Shown: positions 1 to 14,643 of the stretch, one piece after another
How the letters are laid out: each line of letters starts with the position of its first letter
Numbering within the stretch: position 1 is the first letter of the stretch
Assembly (NCBI GenBank): GCA_977020255.1
Contig: CDROCS010001417.1
Coordinates: 310,001-374,000, forward strand
Length of the DNA: 64,000 nt
Source of the DNA: Obrimoposthia wandeli
Lineage: Eukaryota
Direction of reading: 5' to 3'
Notes under the pieces: model-generated
Seen by the model: only the letters and a program-made list of their open reading frames with translations
Database searches by the model: none
Told to the model about the DNA's origin: nothing
Translations under genes and position numbers: made by a program

Positions 1-490
1 CATTATGCATAAGACTGTTGTTTTCCAGATTTTTTTAGATTTCAATTTAGTGCTACATTACTATATAATTAAATATAATTTACTGGTTTAAAAATTATGA
101 ATTTCTATTGAGAACAAAATTGGAAAGGTTAGCGTTATTTTCTTGCATTCACTATTGATGACGTTGCATAGCATGTAGGTGTGGTAAAATCTGCATTATC
201 GGCAACAGAAGACATTCTGAACACATCAGGCTTTGATCTGTTTCTGTATTCTTCATATTAAAATCGTAAAGGCTCCATGTTAAATCATATCAGTAGCCAA
301 TGAATGCCACATAGTGTGTAAAGTAAAAGTTTCAAGATGAGGCAGATTAAGAATTGTGGCCATATTCAATTTTTGTTGTTGCAATATATAATTTAAATTT
401 ATACATACTAAATTATTATATTATCTCTTTTTTCAAATTAAGTATCACTTCATTTTACATTAAGTATGTCATGTTCGAGAGAAAATTAGC

Positions 491-563
491 TGCTGTAGCC
501 GGGAGTTGAACCCCAGGTCTCACAACTTGCAAGTCGCGTTTTATATCACTAAAATATCGCTGC
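491..563 (-). pseudogene. tRNA-like sequence (degenerate tRNA or tRNA-derived SINE head)
   Basis: The 73-nt minus-strand sequence has a B-box (GGTTCAACTCC), a TTTT/AAAA D-stem, a GCGAC/GTTGT stem around TTGCAA and a T-arm. The acceptor stem has 3 mismatches and the anticodon loop is 6 nt, so it is probably not a functional tRNA. Confidence 0.35.
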
Positions 564-1538
564 GCATAATATCTCCCAATAATTCATAGAAGAATTTCTT
601 AATGGAAATTATACAATTATAATTTGTAAGTAGATTAATTTGTCAAATCTTAAAAAGTAAATGATCAGAATATTATTAGAAAAAAGTAAATTTCGAGCTA
701 CTTTTTCTAATTTTCTTTGAAGAAATATCTGTATGAATTATGTAATCAGAAACTGGAATTATCATACTTTCATTAATTTGTTTAAGAACTGATATTTGAA
801 TATTATAATATAAATTGTGTTGTGAAATCGAAGTCTTGAATTATGTCTACGATAGTAAACATAACTGTATGAATAACGTGTGAATAATTAAACACTTTAA
901 GAATGTCACCAATGCGCCACATTCTCTACAAATGCAAGAGCTCAATCCACACATTTAGAAGTTTTATATAGGTATAGTCATTGAAAAAGCTTTATTTGGA
1001 ATTTTTTTTAACAGATCCAAAATATTTGGAAAATTTAGATATTAAAAGCTTTTAAAAAACAATCATGTTATTCAATAGTTTTTCCTTCACATAACAAGGA
1101 CATGTAGTTTAAAATATCAAATTAGAAATACTCTTTTTCTACTACTTTATATTTACAATAAAATTTAACAAATTCAAAAAGTTGATTTCTTAAACAAATA
1201 CTAAAAAATACAACTTCGAGTTGTACTTATTATGTTACAATATTGGATACAATAAAATAAATACAAATTTTCGGACAGAAAAATTATTGCAAATGGGATT
1301 TAATTAGATAAACTAAAAGCACAAAATCAGTAAGTCAATTTACTAATTCGGTACTTTACTTTAGGCTCATTAGCTTCACGAATCAGTACATGTATCAAAA
1401 TATTGGTAACACATTATCATTCATAGGCAAGATGGTTGGTCATTGTGTAATATTTAACACATTACTCGATAGTTTTAAATTCCTAGATATAGACTAAACA
1501 TTTTAGTTGATTGCAAGTTTAACGTAACTCAATAAAAC

Positions 1539-4500
1539 ATGGCAATTAACTCGCTGATTTTGACTATTTTCATTGTCATTTTGGTTATTTCCAACATAGA
1601 ACAGTACAATTGCGATGAAATTGGTGAGATTTTTCTTCAATGTTGTACAGTTATCGACGAAAATATTTTAGACTTTTAAAGTTAAATTTTGAACAAACAT
1701 GTTAGAATATAATTAGTTGTTTTTTTTAATCATGTGAGAAATAATTTATTTTTTGAAGTATTATTATAATTTATACTCATGATAAACTTACAGGTAGAAT
1801 TTTATTTGGCATATGTACAAAAATTGTTAGAAAATGTGTTTTAAAAATTGTGCAATGTTTTATTTTGACGATAAAAATAATATGTAAAATATTTTTTATT
1901 AAATAATATTAATTATGAATAAATTTTTTTTAATGTTATTTTCTAACCTCACTTTAATATTATTGAATGAGAATTATAAATTCATTTTCAGAAAGAATTG
2001 TTCACTTTTGTATTACATTAAAATTTGCTTTTGTTCTTATAATTTTGCATATTTTACTGTTTTATATGAGGTTAATAGACATTTTAATTACACATTAGTT
2101 TAATTACTGTTTTTCCCGTCATGTATTACACGGAGAATACGTTTTATTAATTAGGTTATACCAAAATTCATTGAACAAGATTTAATACTAATTCAATAAT
2201 TATTCATTTTTTATTTTAAGTTCTCTTTTTAGTACGTATACAAGGGCCTATGTTTCAGAAATGACTAAAATTGTTAAATTTATCTGTTAATAAATTAATA
2301 TAAAATTATTATATTACTCTGTTTGACCCAATTTAATTTTACATTTTTAGCATTTTTCCAAATTTTATATTGCACACACGCATTCTAGTCACGAGTACTT
2401 GAATTTACTACTCATCAGGTGTAATTACTTAAACCTGTATATTTTTGGAAATTTTCCTTTTTCGATATACTTCATAATTAATAATTGATAAAATTTTAAT
2501 TGTAATCACAGTGGAATAAGATTTAATTGTAATAACTCACTTGTCATGTAAATCACAGTGAAAGAAAATCATTTTGAGTATTCAAGTAAGATGTAGCTGG
2601 TATTTTATAATTTGTGTTATTTTGGAAGACCAACAAAAATAATCTACTTAAGATTTCAATACAAATTATATCTAATTAATAATATTGTATTCACAAACGC
2701 GAGCATAAATTTGTGCTTCACAGACTACAATTCAAAATTTCAATTATTTTCATTTTGAAAACACATTTTCCCACTAATTAAGGTGAATTTCTTTGTTTTT
2801 TGGTTGATGGAAATGTTTTCAAAAATATTATCACCAACAAAAAGTAAATTTTGCATTAATATATAATGTTTATTAAAATCTGCTTTTCATGTTAAGTTTG
2901 ATTTACCTCACCTTGTCACACCTGAGGACAATAAACTGTAAAATTAATTGATTCTGTGACTAAGGTCATTTTGGGAATTTGAGGGTAGGAATCTGAATAT
3001 GACTTCTTTCTTTAGTAATGGTTGATAAAATTTTGGAAAAATACATTTGGAATTCTAAACAAATGAAACAAAGTTAGAAAGTAATCCATTCCTAATCTTG
3101 AAATAAAACAGCTGACTTGTAGCACAACATTTTGCATGTGAATAGAAACAATGAGAATTTTATCAAAAGGCAAAAATTGCTTTACAATTTTAATCTACTA
3201 AACCAAATAATATAATAAAACTTTTAGAAATTGTGGCACAAAGGAATTGGAACGGTTTGTGTACAGAAGTGGTTTGAAGATACAAACCAAACATGCAATT
3301 TTGGCGAAAAGGTCATATATGAAAAAAGAAAGAAATACTAATGCAATTTACTACACTGAACACTTTGATAAGTTATAAATAGTCATTGGCAAATACTCAA
3401 AATTAGTTTAAAAGAGCGGCAAATACAAAAAAAATCTATATGTAATTTAAAGCTTTTTAGTTTTTGAATTCGTACATGTTTACTACATGATTTTCACATA
3501 AAATCAGTTATGACAACAGAAAAAAAACAACATTAAATGGGGTTGTACATTAGAAAAAATTTAAGATATGTTCGAAGAATATTGATTGATTTTGAGCCTA
3601 TTCCATCAAAGAAATTGTTCGTATTACCGTGTACTCCCATCTTTATACCTAATCTAGGGTTAAGACTAAATAGTATAGAGAAGGCTAAATGTGCCCTAAA
3701 TGAGAAATGAAATTTGAATGTGGTTGTAAAATTTAAATCATGTAGATTAATACTAATGTTTCCCAAAATAAACAATGGCAAGCAATACAATTACTTATCG
3801 ATATTCCCTGGAGCAATCAAAAAGAAGGAAGGTCAAATAAAGTTATGAAAGATCTCATGTCAACAGGTGTTACTGACAAATATCTTTCAAATACTATTTT
3901 ACGTCCAAATTTATCTGTATATCTAATTGCAATAAATATTATAGTATTAGTATATTATTATCGTTTATATGTTTTTGGATAACATTTTTAAAAATTAAAT
4001 TTGAAGAATTTTATAGCTTATCGGAATTTCATGTCAAATGTCATAGACATACAATCATTTGAAAATTCAAAAATATCAGGTTTGAAGTCATAATCCAAAC
4101 TTATACAAAATCACAAACAGTGGCTTTCAAAGGAATTTTGGTCACATATTTATTCAAGAATCACAACTTTTAATATACGTATGTTTAGAATCGACGACAC
4201 TGGCTTTGCATACCAGTGGACATAATAACAGTTTGAAAATAAATATTTCTACACAGTGTTTGTTTTTTTGTACATAAAAATGTGTTTTCTGACCGAATCA
4301 ATATCTCAAAATTCTGACGAGATAGAATTATATTATTATCATTTTCGTAATACACCACCACATTTAGACCAGAAATATACTACTTCAATAAATAACAAAA
4401 ATATAAATTTTTAATATCTAATAAAAAATTCTCTCTATATATGTATATGTATATTTTAAACCCATTTCATCAGTTTTTCATGATATAAAAATTTTAAAAT

Positions 4501-7500
4501 TACATTTCCATCTGAAAATTTTAAAATATCAATGTGTCGATTAACAGTTAAACATGCTTATTTCACATGTTAAATGAACAATTTTGTCTATCTTTAGTTT
4601 AGTTTTGTATAAATAAAAATAATGAAGTTTTCGTAACTGTTTCATTTGACCAGATCTCTAAATTAGAGCGTATAACCTCCGTTTTATTTAAATACTAAAA
4701 ATCATAATTTATAAACCGTCTATTACAATGTCTATAAATATTCCAAAATTTCCGTTTCTTTTGACCTAATTGGTGTCATTATCCTCATTTACCTGCCGAC
4801 ATTTTATTGGATTATAAATTAGAATTAATATTAATGGTGTGGACATTGTTTTGCATCAGTAATACAACGTAACAAAGTCAATGGGATTTGCCCGGCCAAC
4901 ATCGACTCATTTTTCATCTCCAGTGGCGTGGAAAACACCTCCCATCGCAGTCGGTAAAGGACTTAAAATAACTGCAGACAACAACTGTTTATACTGAAAG
5001 AGCTTCCCTAAGTTTTTATGTATATTTCAAATTTTACAGAAATCTAAATTTATGAGAAATATTTTTACATACATTTTATAACGTAAAATGTGTGTAGGAA
5101 TTGTTAAAATAAATTTCAGTGTTTATGACCCATTTTTTGTATATATTTTAACTTTTAATATTTTTCCTTTTCTTATCCATTTTTTCTCTTTCCCAAACTT
5201 CATTATGTTTTCATTCACCCAGCCTTTCTCATTGTCTTTATCGATAACATCATTAGAGAATGTTTCGTTAAGAAGATTTTTCTTTTAAACTTATACTATC
5301 CAGTGCTATTAAATGTTTGACAAAAAAATCAACTTTTACACTCCTTGATGTTTTGTTTGTATGAAAATATCTTTCAAGTTCTCGGTCCTAGACGCCGGTA
5401 TATCAGAACTAATAAGGACTTCATTCATATTACCAAAATTTAAAGGGACAAATCTTTCAAATGATCTTTAATAAACACTCTGAACTTCTCTACTTTAGTT
5501 TCCCAATCAGGTTGTTAACTTTGGCTTAAGAACTTTACGGTATAAATATGAATATTATCCACATGCACTTGTTTTGTTCATATTATATTCCTTTCTTTTC
5601 ATTTCCATATTCTTCTGCAAATGAAATAACCTTCATTTTAAATTTTGCTGTAAAACGTTTTCTCTGTTTTTTTACAATTATGTTTGAGGGATAATTTTTT
5701 TCTCAAAATGTTTAATTTTTGCTGTAACAATGACAAATCTAATAAAATATTTATTAATACTAATTGTTGTTATGAAGATTATGCATACAAAAATGAGATA
5801 AAAACTGTTTTTATTTGCTGAGGATTATGTGTCAGAAAATATGGTACTGGAGATATTGGCCAGCCGGTTAGAACTCTGGTACTGAATATTTAACCGACAA
5901 AAAAGTGGTTATCGAACATCAAGACTGATGTATTTATAAGCTGTTATATTATAATATTGTTGGGGTTTCTATATGAAAACACTGTGTTCTAATATAGATC
6001 CTCTTTAGTGGAGGGCCCCAACGTGAGTTCTATAGAAGCAGGACCTGTATATGGTTGTGGCCTACTTAATGTTATGCTTGCCTGTCTCAATTCTTATCTG
6101 AAGGTTTTTTGTTGTGTCTTAATCTGAAGGGTTTAGAACGATGCTTTCTAGTTGTAGGAAATCGTTTATTTATTAACACACTAGACTAACACGAATCAAT
6201 ACGTTAAAGTACGTATTTCTAAAAAGTTACAATAAAATTCCTAAGACTTCTGTAAGTCTCTACACAAGTGGGGATGATCCACGTATCGATTTTAATTTTA
6301 AGGTTGAAGGTTTAAAAAGTCTTTCTAGTATTTTGGTGATTGCACAAAATCAAAACTTGCTCTAATTTATAGAGGCTTTCAATCAAATTATATGATATCA
6401 AATTTTACGATACCAAATTTATATATTTATCAAATTGTACGATATCCAATTTATAAATTACGGCTCAAAACTTTCAAAATCGACTTCCAAATTGCTATTT
6501 TAATCAAGCTCTAAATTCTCAAAATCGTCTTCAATTTACTATTTAAATCAAATTCTCAATTCTCCAAAATCGGCTTCACAATTACTTATTTAAAATCGAG
6601 TTATAAATTCTCCAAAATCGGCTTCACAATTACTTATTTAAAATCACGTTCTACTTTTATCTCCGCGCTTGTTCCTTACCTCTTCCGTATAATCTGGCGT
6701 CCGGTCTATATTGGCCTCCTCAGATGTCGGTCGAATCCTTTACTCGGTACCCTTGGCTTGCTGTGATCGCACTGTACGGTTCTCGCTCTGGGTGATTCTG
6801 ACGGTCTCTCCTCGCTTTTAGTTGTAATTCTTCTTTATTTTCGCTTTTTGCTTCTCTTGATCTGGTTGCTCGGAATCTATCGCGGAGTTTTTCTTTAACA
6901 AATTGTCGCTCTTGATTGGGGTGCTCGGAATCTATCGTCGAGACTTTCTTTAACAAATTGTCGCTCTTGATTTGGTTGTTCGGAATCTATCGCCGAGACT
7001 TACTTTAACAAATTTTCGCTCTTGATTTGGGTACTCGGAATCTATCGCCGAGATTTTCCTTAACAAATTTCCGCTCGGATTTAATCACGAGTCTTTCTGA
7101 TTCCAACTTTTGGCAAAATAATAACTGCTACCGCCAAATTTAATAATAATTTAGACTTATATAGTCTAAATTTCTCGTGGTGTGTCGCTGTCACTCGAAT
7201 TTTCTTCCTTCTCTTCTTACGGTCCTGCAAGCAATGATTAATCGATCTGATTACTAATCGACACTCACCCCACGAAACAGCTGTTGCTTTTATTTTCTTG
7301 TGTGTGTCTGCTAAATTCCACTCTCGACCGAGATAAGCGATTGTGTGTCCGCGAGCAATAATCCTCTTGTCGGCTGGTGATTCACGATGGGCAGAGATTT
7401 CTGACAGTTGACCTTAATTGTGTGATGAATAATTCAATCAATTTCTAATATCACCTTACTTCCTGGGTGACTCACGATGATTCACTGTTGCTGCTGCGTC

Positions 7501-8387
7501 GCGAGATTTCTGACGTTTGACCTTAATTCTTGTTGAATAATTCAGTCAATTGCTAATATTACCTTAATTCTTGTTCTTCTTCTATTTCTTAATTAATGTT
7601 TTGGTCCTTTTTAATTTAACTCCAACCTCCTATACACAACACACCGAACACGACCCCTCAAGGCCCCAAATATTCAATTTGCCCTTTACTCTCATCGATT
7701 TATTTTAACTATATAATTTTTTATTTAATTTATAACCTTACTTTCAAGGATTTTATTTTGATATAAATTAGATTAATTATTTAAAATTTATCCAATCCTA
7801 ATCCTAACAATATTATACTTTATTTTATTGTGCAGGAAAACTGAACTGCCATGGTTACACAAATCTCTACACTTGCTATCAGCGTGAGTTTTTCTTGGTT
7901 TTTTCTTACACTTTTTCTCAAATTTTTAATTAGTCCGATGTGTGACTTTCTTCGTTGAGGTCGAACGATTTAAAACGAATGCCTATTGAGCTATTTTCGA
8001 TAAGCAGAATGGCGATGTTGTATGAATTACTAATTGTTTATGTTTAATATTCTACATGTCATAGTGTCGAAGAAATTAGTCACTGCGACAAGGAATTGAA
8101 TATTGTGTCTATTCGTGCATTCTACAATTAAATTTATTTTTCTTTCTGTTTAACATATTTTTTCTAATTTATGCAACATATAAAAAAGTAAATCTTAAGT
8201 TATATGTAGATTTATTACTTATAAATAAAAGCCATACATTGTGCAAAATAAATGATTTTAAATTTAGATGTTTAGAAATTAATTTTAAAACATAACACGA
8301 AGAATGCCTTTTTTAACAGTTACCGAACGCAAACGAAGTGTGGGATATAAGACTGAGCTGAAGTCATTTCCAGGTGAAGACTCACAG
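1539..8387 (+). CDS. Putative small secreted protein or peptide precursor (3 candidate exons: 1539-1623, 7836-7883, 8320-8387; 3' end unresolved)
   Basis: Exon 1 reads MAINSLILTIFIVILVISNIEQYNCDEI(G), is signal-peptide-like and ends at G|GTGAG. Phase-compatible TGCAG| and AACAG| exons continue GKLNCHGYTNLYTCYQ and LTERKRSVGYKTELKSFPGEDSQ with no stops. The chain contains an RKR basic site. Confidence 0.45.
4700..5700 (-). mobile_element. Degenerate pogo/Tigger-like DNA transposon remnant
   Basis: Minus-strand fragments are RKRFTAKFKMKVISFAEEYGN (pogo-type N-terminal HTH) and DNEKGWVNENIM (DDE_1 'N.KGWM' motif). There are many stops and frameshifts, and the boundaries are approximate. Confidence 0.45.
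6558..6645. repeat. 48-bp-period tandem repeat (2 good copies; degenerate copies upstream to about 6470)
   Basis: aattctccaaaatcggcttcacaattacttatttaaaatc occurs at 6558 and 6606. Confidence 0.8.
6854..7082. repeat. 55-bp tandem repeat, 4 copies plus a partial
   Basis: Units ctcttgat..ggtgctcggaatctatcg..gagactttctttaacaaattgtcg start at 6854, 6909, 6964, 7019 and 7074. Confidence 0.9.
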
Positions 8388-11300
8388 GTGATAATTTATT
8401 ATTTTGGTATCGTTGATGCATACATTTTGTGAACTTTAATTTTAAATATCTGTACGATTTAAATATATTTTAAAAAAATGTAATGGATACTACTTATATT
8501 TATAATTAGATAATGTGATTTTATAACTTTTGTAAACAATTTAACTATAACTTTTTAATTTAAATTAAAGAAATTTTAAGATAGTTTAGCAAAGAAATTA
8601 TTTTAAATATTATCTTTGATTTGATTGATAAAAACTCATGAAACAACAGAAGACTTTATTTATAATTTCATATTTTATACAATAATACATATATGAACCA
8701 TTTCAGTCTTATCCATTTATGGCCGATGAACCGCAATTCAGAAAATAATTCCGAAATCCAGTTTGAAACATCATTCGATATTCAATATATTTGACACTGT
8801 CGTTTTCTGTTATTTGCAAATTTTTCTTTAAAATAAAATTCATTAGACTTTAATTACGTAATCCATATTTTTTTTAATATGACATATTTGAAGACCATTA
8901 GGAAATTGAATTCAAACTGCTAAATAAAGTGTGCAACGAAACTTTAAAACCTTTCGTTTTTTCTTTAATCATATACATGAAGTTGCATATATTTAGATTT
9001 GTTTGATAAAAAACAAATGAAGATTGATAAATAATACAATCAAAATTATTTTAAGGTTTTAATCCATTTCGTCCTATCTTACGGTAACTAAAACCGGTTT
9101 CGATGCATTATACTAACAAAGAAAGTGATTGAAGTAGACTTATATACTTTTAGGAGAAAAAACAAAATATAATTTTTGTAAAATTAAATTTTAATACATT
9201 TATTAAATCAACAGATATATAAAATATTAAAAAATATATATAAGCTTTACTCAAAGACCAAAGAGGTTCTATTTTTCATCGGTATCAGCAAAATATCCAT
9301 TAAGCCACATTGAAATATTCTATATTTCTCCATCTAAATGGAGAGCAATCAAATAAACAAGGTCATGTCTAAAAGCCAGTCTGGGATAACTTTCAATCTG
9401 CAAAGAATTACCTTCATATGCATAAATAGGATGCAAAATTCTAAAATAATTCTGAAGTGATCAATATCAGATGTTGTTAAAATTTCAATTAAATATTTAT
9501 TTTTGACTTTTGATATTTTCACAGGATTTATAACTCGTATAATTTGATACCTTTATCATATATTACATGGTTTTATTTTGAAATAAAAATGTCTTACATC
9601 ACTCAGAAGCGGATTCATTTTAAAAATAAAGAACTGATTAAAAAACATATATTTATATAAAAATATATTTGAACAAAATACAAATATTATGAAACAAAAA
9701 AAAACTGATTACAATTTATTACTAAAATACAGGTGTAAATATACAAATGTAAGAAACATGGTAAAAGTAAACTAATATAGAAGAAAAGAAATAGTAAAAT
9801 CATAGAGATACGAGCACCTTCAATTTTCCATTTAATCACTTTTGTAACCATAAACCCAATTGTTACTGCATCACTCTTTTCAAAAACGCATTAACATCTA
9901 TTTCCCTTTTATATTCATCTAAAATGCTGAATTAGCTCCTCGAATATAAAAGTCGTTCTTAATGAATATAAAATTTGGAACTACTTTTTCAACTTTCTGT
10001 TTAAGATATTGAAATCGGATTTTGAATATTTGATAGATAATAGCTAAACTTTCTTCTTTCAATTGTTACAAGATTTACAAAAGCTATTAGTTGAGTCTTC
10101 TTCACGAACATTAATTTTTATTTTACATATTGTTTTACTTTTTCATACATATTTTTATCCGAATCTTCACACATTTCTAAATCTTCATACTCGCTGAGTA
10201 TTTGTTGGCTGTCTTCCCTCATTGATAATTATCTTTGATATGAATGCATTTATAATGATTTTTCTTCAATGGCACATCCTTTTATACTAATTTGTAACAA
10301 AGGCATAAATCTAGTTGGTTCATATAACCAAATCATTGAATTTGATTAGGCAAAAAATGCTATATTTTAATCATCCAATTATAATAGGTTTGCAAGGTAT
10401 TTACTAGAAATGAGCGATAAAATAACAAGTTCATATATATATTTATTTGTATAAAGAAGAATTTACAGAAAAATAAAGTATAATGAAACTCGTAAAAATT
10501 AAATTATAAAGGAAGAATATAATATGATATTTCACACTTACCATTCAATAAGTGGAAGCCGAGACGATATGTAAAAAGGTTTCTTGACTTCACAGTTGTT
10601 ATTTTTCCTTTGTATTAATTTTTATTTTCATATTAAAATTTTCTTGAAAATTGTTGTGTTATGAGATGCAAAACACCGTTGAATGACATAAATCTACCAT
10701 TTGTAATTCATATTAGCATCATACAATCAATCACAGTTTCAGGCAATCTTGGAAAACCAATAAATTTTTATAAAATGCCGAGAAAATAAATGAGGAATGC
10801 CTGTTTGAACCTGATTTTTTCTGTTACTTATATATTTGAAGTTTACATCGCTATATGTAAATGTATTTTCCAGTCGTATGATATTGGGATTGATAAATTT
10901 GAATTATCTGTACGCTGTTGAATCCATTTTTCAAAATATATTTTATTAAATTTTTAAAATATTTTCTAGCAACTATAAACGGTAAAATTATTAATTTTTT
11001 CAAATGAATAATACTAAAAACACTGATAATGAAGTCGATCGTTTAGTTGACAAAATGTTTTCATGGAAAATTAAGGGTAAACACATTTTATATTAATTAA
11101 ACTGTATATAAAATAAACCTAAACTGTAGTTTACTTTTTGTATTTTTTTTCTAAAAATATTTGACAAAACCATCATCATAATCATTTTCATCGATATCCC
11201 CGACCTTTTAGGAGAGGTTCTAGAGATGCTAGTTGTTTCTTCTTCAGTCGGCCCGGCTTCTTCTTCGGCTGCACAACTACTGGTTGCTGTGCAGAAATTT

Positions 11301-12799
11301 CCGTACCAGGTGGCTTTGGCAGAATTGGTCGCGACGTTTTGGTAGGTGCTGCAGCCAAAGTAGATAGCACAACTGATGAGGTTGACGGTAGAAGTATAGA
11401 AGCTGCCTTTTTCTGCTTCTTTAGTGCTCACTTCTTCCTTCACATTTGTTCCTTCGCTGATTGTCGGACAAATTGGGATGAAACAGTTGTTGTGTTCCAA
11501 TATTTCCAAATACGCGTAAATAATAATTAAATCAAGCCAATATTGTGTTCCAACAATTTAATCATATCTTGACTCAATTTTATACCACGAAAAGTAGCTT
11601 TTAACTAATTCATCAAGTTTAGTAGTCCCAATATGACCTTCCTGAGCACTATTCTACATATTTTTATGAGTGACTCAGGCACATATAATCGATCATCGAA
11701 AGATAATAATTCATTTATTAGTGACAGATTATCTTTGATTCCTAGGAAACATAGGAAACACATACCTTCAGATAGTTTTTGAGACCAAACAGGATAGCCC
11801 GTCCAAACAAGTTATATATTACTTTAAAGAACTCACACAGTTTAAATATTTATTTTAATTCTTTAAACTATCCATGCAATGAATATATGCTTATTAATTA
11901 AGCCCACCATACCTGACTCTTCATCCTGTTCCAATGGATCGTCCAGGGAGATAGGAACTTTTGATAAATTATCTGCGATGGGTTCTACATCGAAAAGTAT
12001 AATTCGGAAGTCTTGTCAACCACCGTTGGATCCTCGAATTAAATTTATCAATAGATTTTCTGAATAAAGACATTAGAGGCATATTATCCGTACATAACCT
12101 GAATTTTCTTCCTATTAGAAAGTTTTTCAGCTGTTCAATCTCAAATAAGACAGCTAGACATTCTTTTTCAACTTGGGAATACCATATTTCGGCATTATTC
12201 AATTTTTTGATACGTAAATAAACACTGGTAGTCGGTTATCAAAGAATTATAATGAATTAATTTTTGATTATTTATCTTTTAATTTTTCAAACTGTTTTTC
12301 ATGGTTTTTATTCCATACAAAAACTTTACTCTTCATGATGTCCCATAAATCTCCGACTAATTCTGAATATCCCTTACAGAATCTTTGGCCAACATATCCT
12401 GCTAAACCTAAAAATATTATTAACTCATTATGGTTTTTAGCAGTTGGATATGCCTTCAGCTTATCACACTTTTCTTCATTCGAACTTAAACCATTTGCTC
12501 TTAAAATGTGACACAAGATTTTACCAATGTCTTATTGTATATACACTTTTCTTCCTTTTTGACAACATTTGTTTTCAATCTCTTCAATAACTTAGTTAAA
12601 ATAGCATCATGTTCTTTATGTGATTTAGCAAATATTCGAATATCGTCCACATAACATAATCCACCTTCTAGACACACTATTACATGTTCCATGCACTTTT
12701 AAAACACTTCTGAAGCTGAACTAAGTTCGAAAGGCAGTCGTTTAAACCTAAATCGTCTAAATGGTGTACAACACACCACATATTTCCGACTCTCTTTAC

Positions 12800-13534
12800 T
12801 TAATAAAATTTGGTGAAAGCTTTTTGTGAGTCTAAAACCGAGAAAATAGATGCACCATTCAATATGATCATCTTGTCTTGAAACGAAGGCATTTGGAATG
12901 GCTCCCGCTTCACTGCATTATTTAAATATCGGAAGTATATGCATAGGCTAATATCGCCGTTCTTTTTTACAATGGAAACTAAAGGAGAGCACCACTCATA
13001 CGAGTCGATCTCCTTGATTATGGCATCGGTGAAAAGTTTATCTATCTCTAATTTTACTTTCTCCTTACCAGCTGGCATTACTCTTCTTGGCATACAGCAT
13101 TTTGGACTTATACTTTCATCTACCTGAATATGATATGTCATATTTCTTATAACGTTTTCCTTTCTGACATCTGACTCTTGAGCATTATTCTTACAGAAAT
13201 CAACAGAACACACTGGTAACATAATAAGTTTTAAATGTTTACATAATTCAGTATTTAATAGTAATTTATTATTAAGTACAGAAACACCATAGAACTTGGC
13301 TTTGACAGACTGATTACCCACTTCAACTTCAAATATATTATACCCTAATATTTTAAGGCTTGAATTGTTGTATGTTGCTAATTTTATGTCAGTCGGTCTC
13401 CATCTCCTTTCATGGAAGTAACTGCAAGGTATTATATTGACCACACACTGAAGTATTTTATCATTAATCTTCACAGAACGTGTAGGTAATACAACTTGTA
13501 TTTCATCTTTCCTTTTCACATTGAGTATATCCAC
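12800..13534 (-). pseudogene. Gypsy pol fragment (protease region and RT N-terminus)
   Basis: The ORF-track protein contains PRR...EIDKL...IIKEIDSYEWCSPLVSIVKKNGDISLC and IFSVLDSQKAF. Confidence 0.9.
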
Positions 13535-14643
13535 AAATGTATGTGTTCGATTACTTCCAGTTATAGGGGTACAGCATTTATTTTAATAACTTATTTAGTA
13601 ACCTATCCTACCACATTTTCGACATTTAGCTCCCCTAGCTCTACATAACTCACTATATCGCATGTGCTTAACCGAACCACATTTATAGCCAGTTTTCTTG
13701 TTGTCTGTAAAGCTCTACTAAAATTATCTCGTGACATTCCGATCGAAATTTCTGTTTTGATCATCATGACCCACGTTTATTATTTGGTTGTAATAATCAT
13801 TATTACCAACGTTTCTGTAATTATTATTCCCAACGAAATTTGCATCTATGTCATCATCTGTTACATTTTCCTTGACAAAATTCACACCTCTATAATCATC
13901 CTTTACCGACATCATCCGACAATGTTTGTTGGCATTTTTTGCTTTTGCCACTAATGAGGCGAATGTTAATTTTGTTTCGTCATGGTTAAGAAGTGCTCAA
14001 TTAATTTTTCATTCTTAAGTCCAAATATAAATAGGTTGTAGTCAAATCCCAAATCCTAGATGGCTTGGAGCAAAATATATTTAAATTCTGCCGTTTCACG
14101 GATTATAGAATATTAAAACAAGACTTCAAACAAAATATGTCTCTGAGAATTTCTCGTGGGTTATCGAAAAAGGCATTTAATGCACGCTCTTCTAAGTCTA
14201 CATGCATATTCGCTGCTCTGTTCATTTGGTTCTTGTTTTATATTAAATTGTAATAATTTTCTAGCTAATAATATGGACCTACTGTCCTGAAAATATTCTC
14301 GAAATCTGACTATAACATCATCATATGACTTTTTGGGTTTCTCTTAACCCGTCATAAATATCTTATCCGTTTCTTCCTAATGAATTTATTAATAATGATA
14401 ATTTATTTCCTTCAACCCTAACCTCATTGATTATTAGTGTATTCTCGAACACTCTTATAAAATGTCAAAAGTCACCTACTTTCGGGCTGTTGCCTAGTAT
14501 CGGAAATGTAGAGTGTACATTGTCTCTAATATTCTTTGGCATTTTATTTCTAAAAATTTCTATTTAATTTAAAGGAATACCAATACCAAATGTATTAATC
14601 CGCTTTATTGCTGCAGTATATTACACGTTTAAAGTCCTACCAG

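Larger units (their letters stand above)
5990..7808 (-). mobile_element. Possible LTR-retroelement 5' end or LTR-like insertion
   Basis: This GC-richer island starts TGTTAGG on the minus strand at 7808. It has an internal direct repeat of about 65 bp (about 7394 and 7502), a PBS-like TGGCGGTAGCAG near 7134, and then tandem repeats. No recognisable gag/pol is present and the left boundary is uncertain. Confidence 0.3.

Noticed and set aside
9240-11510. Coding-looking minus-strand stretches (ILHPIYAYEGNSLQIES..., ORFs 11093..11509 and 11188..11370)
   Set aside because: There are in-frame stops in the 9.2-10.3-kb part, no consistent splice model and no recognisable family.
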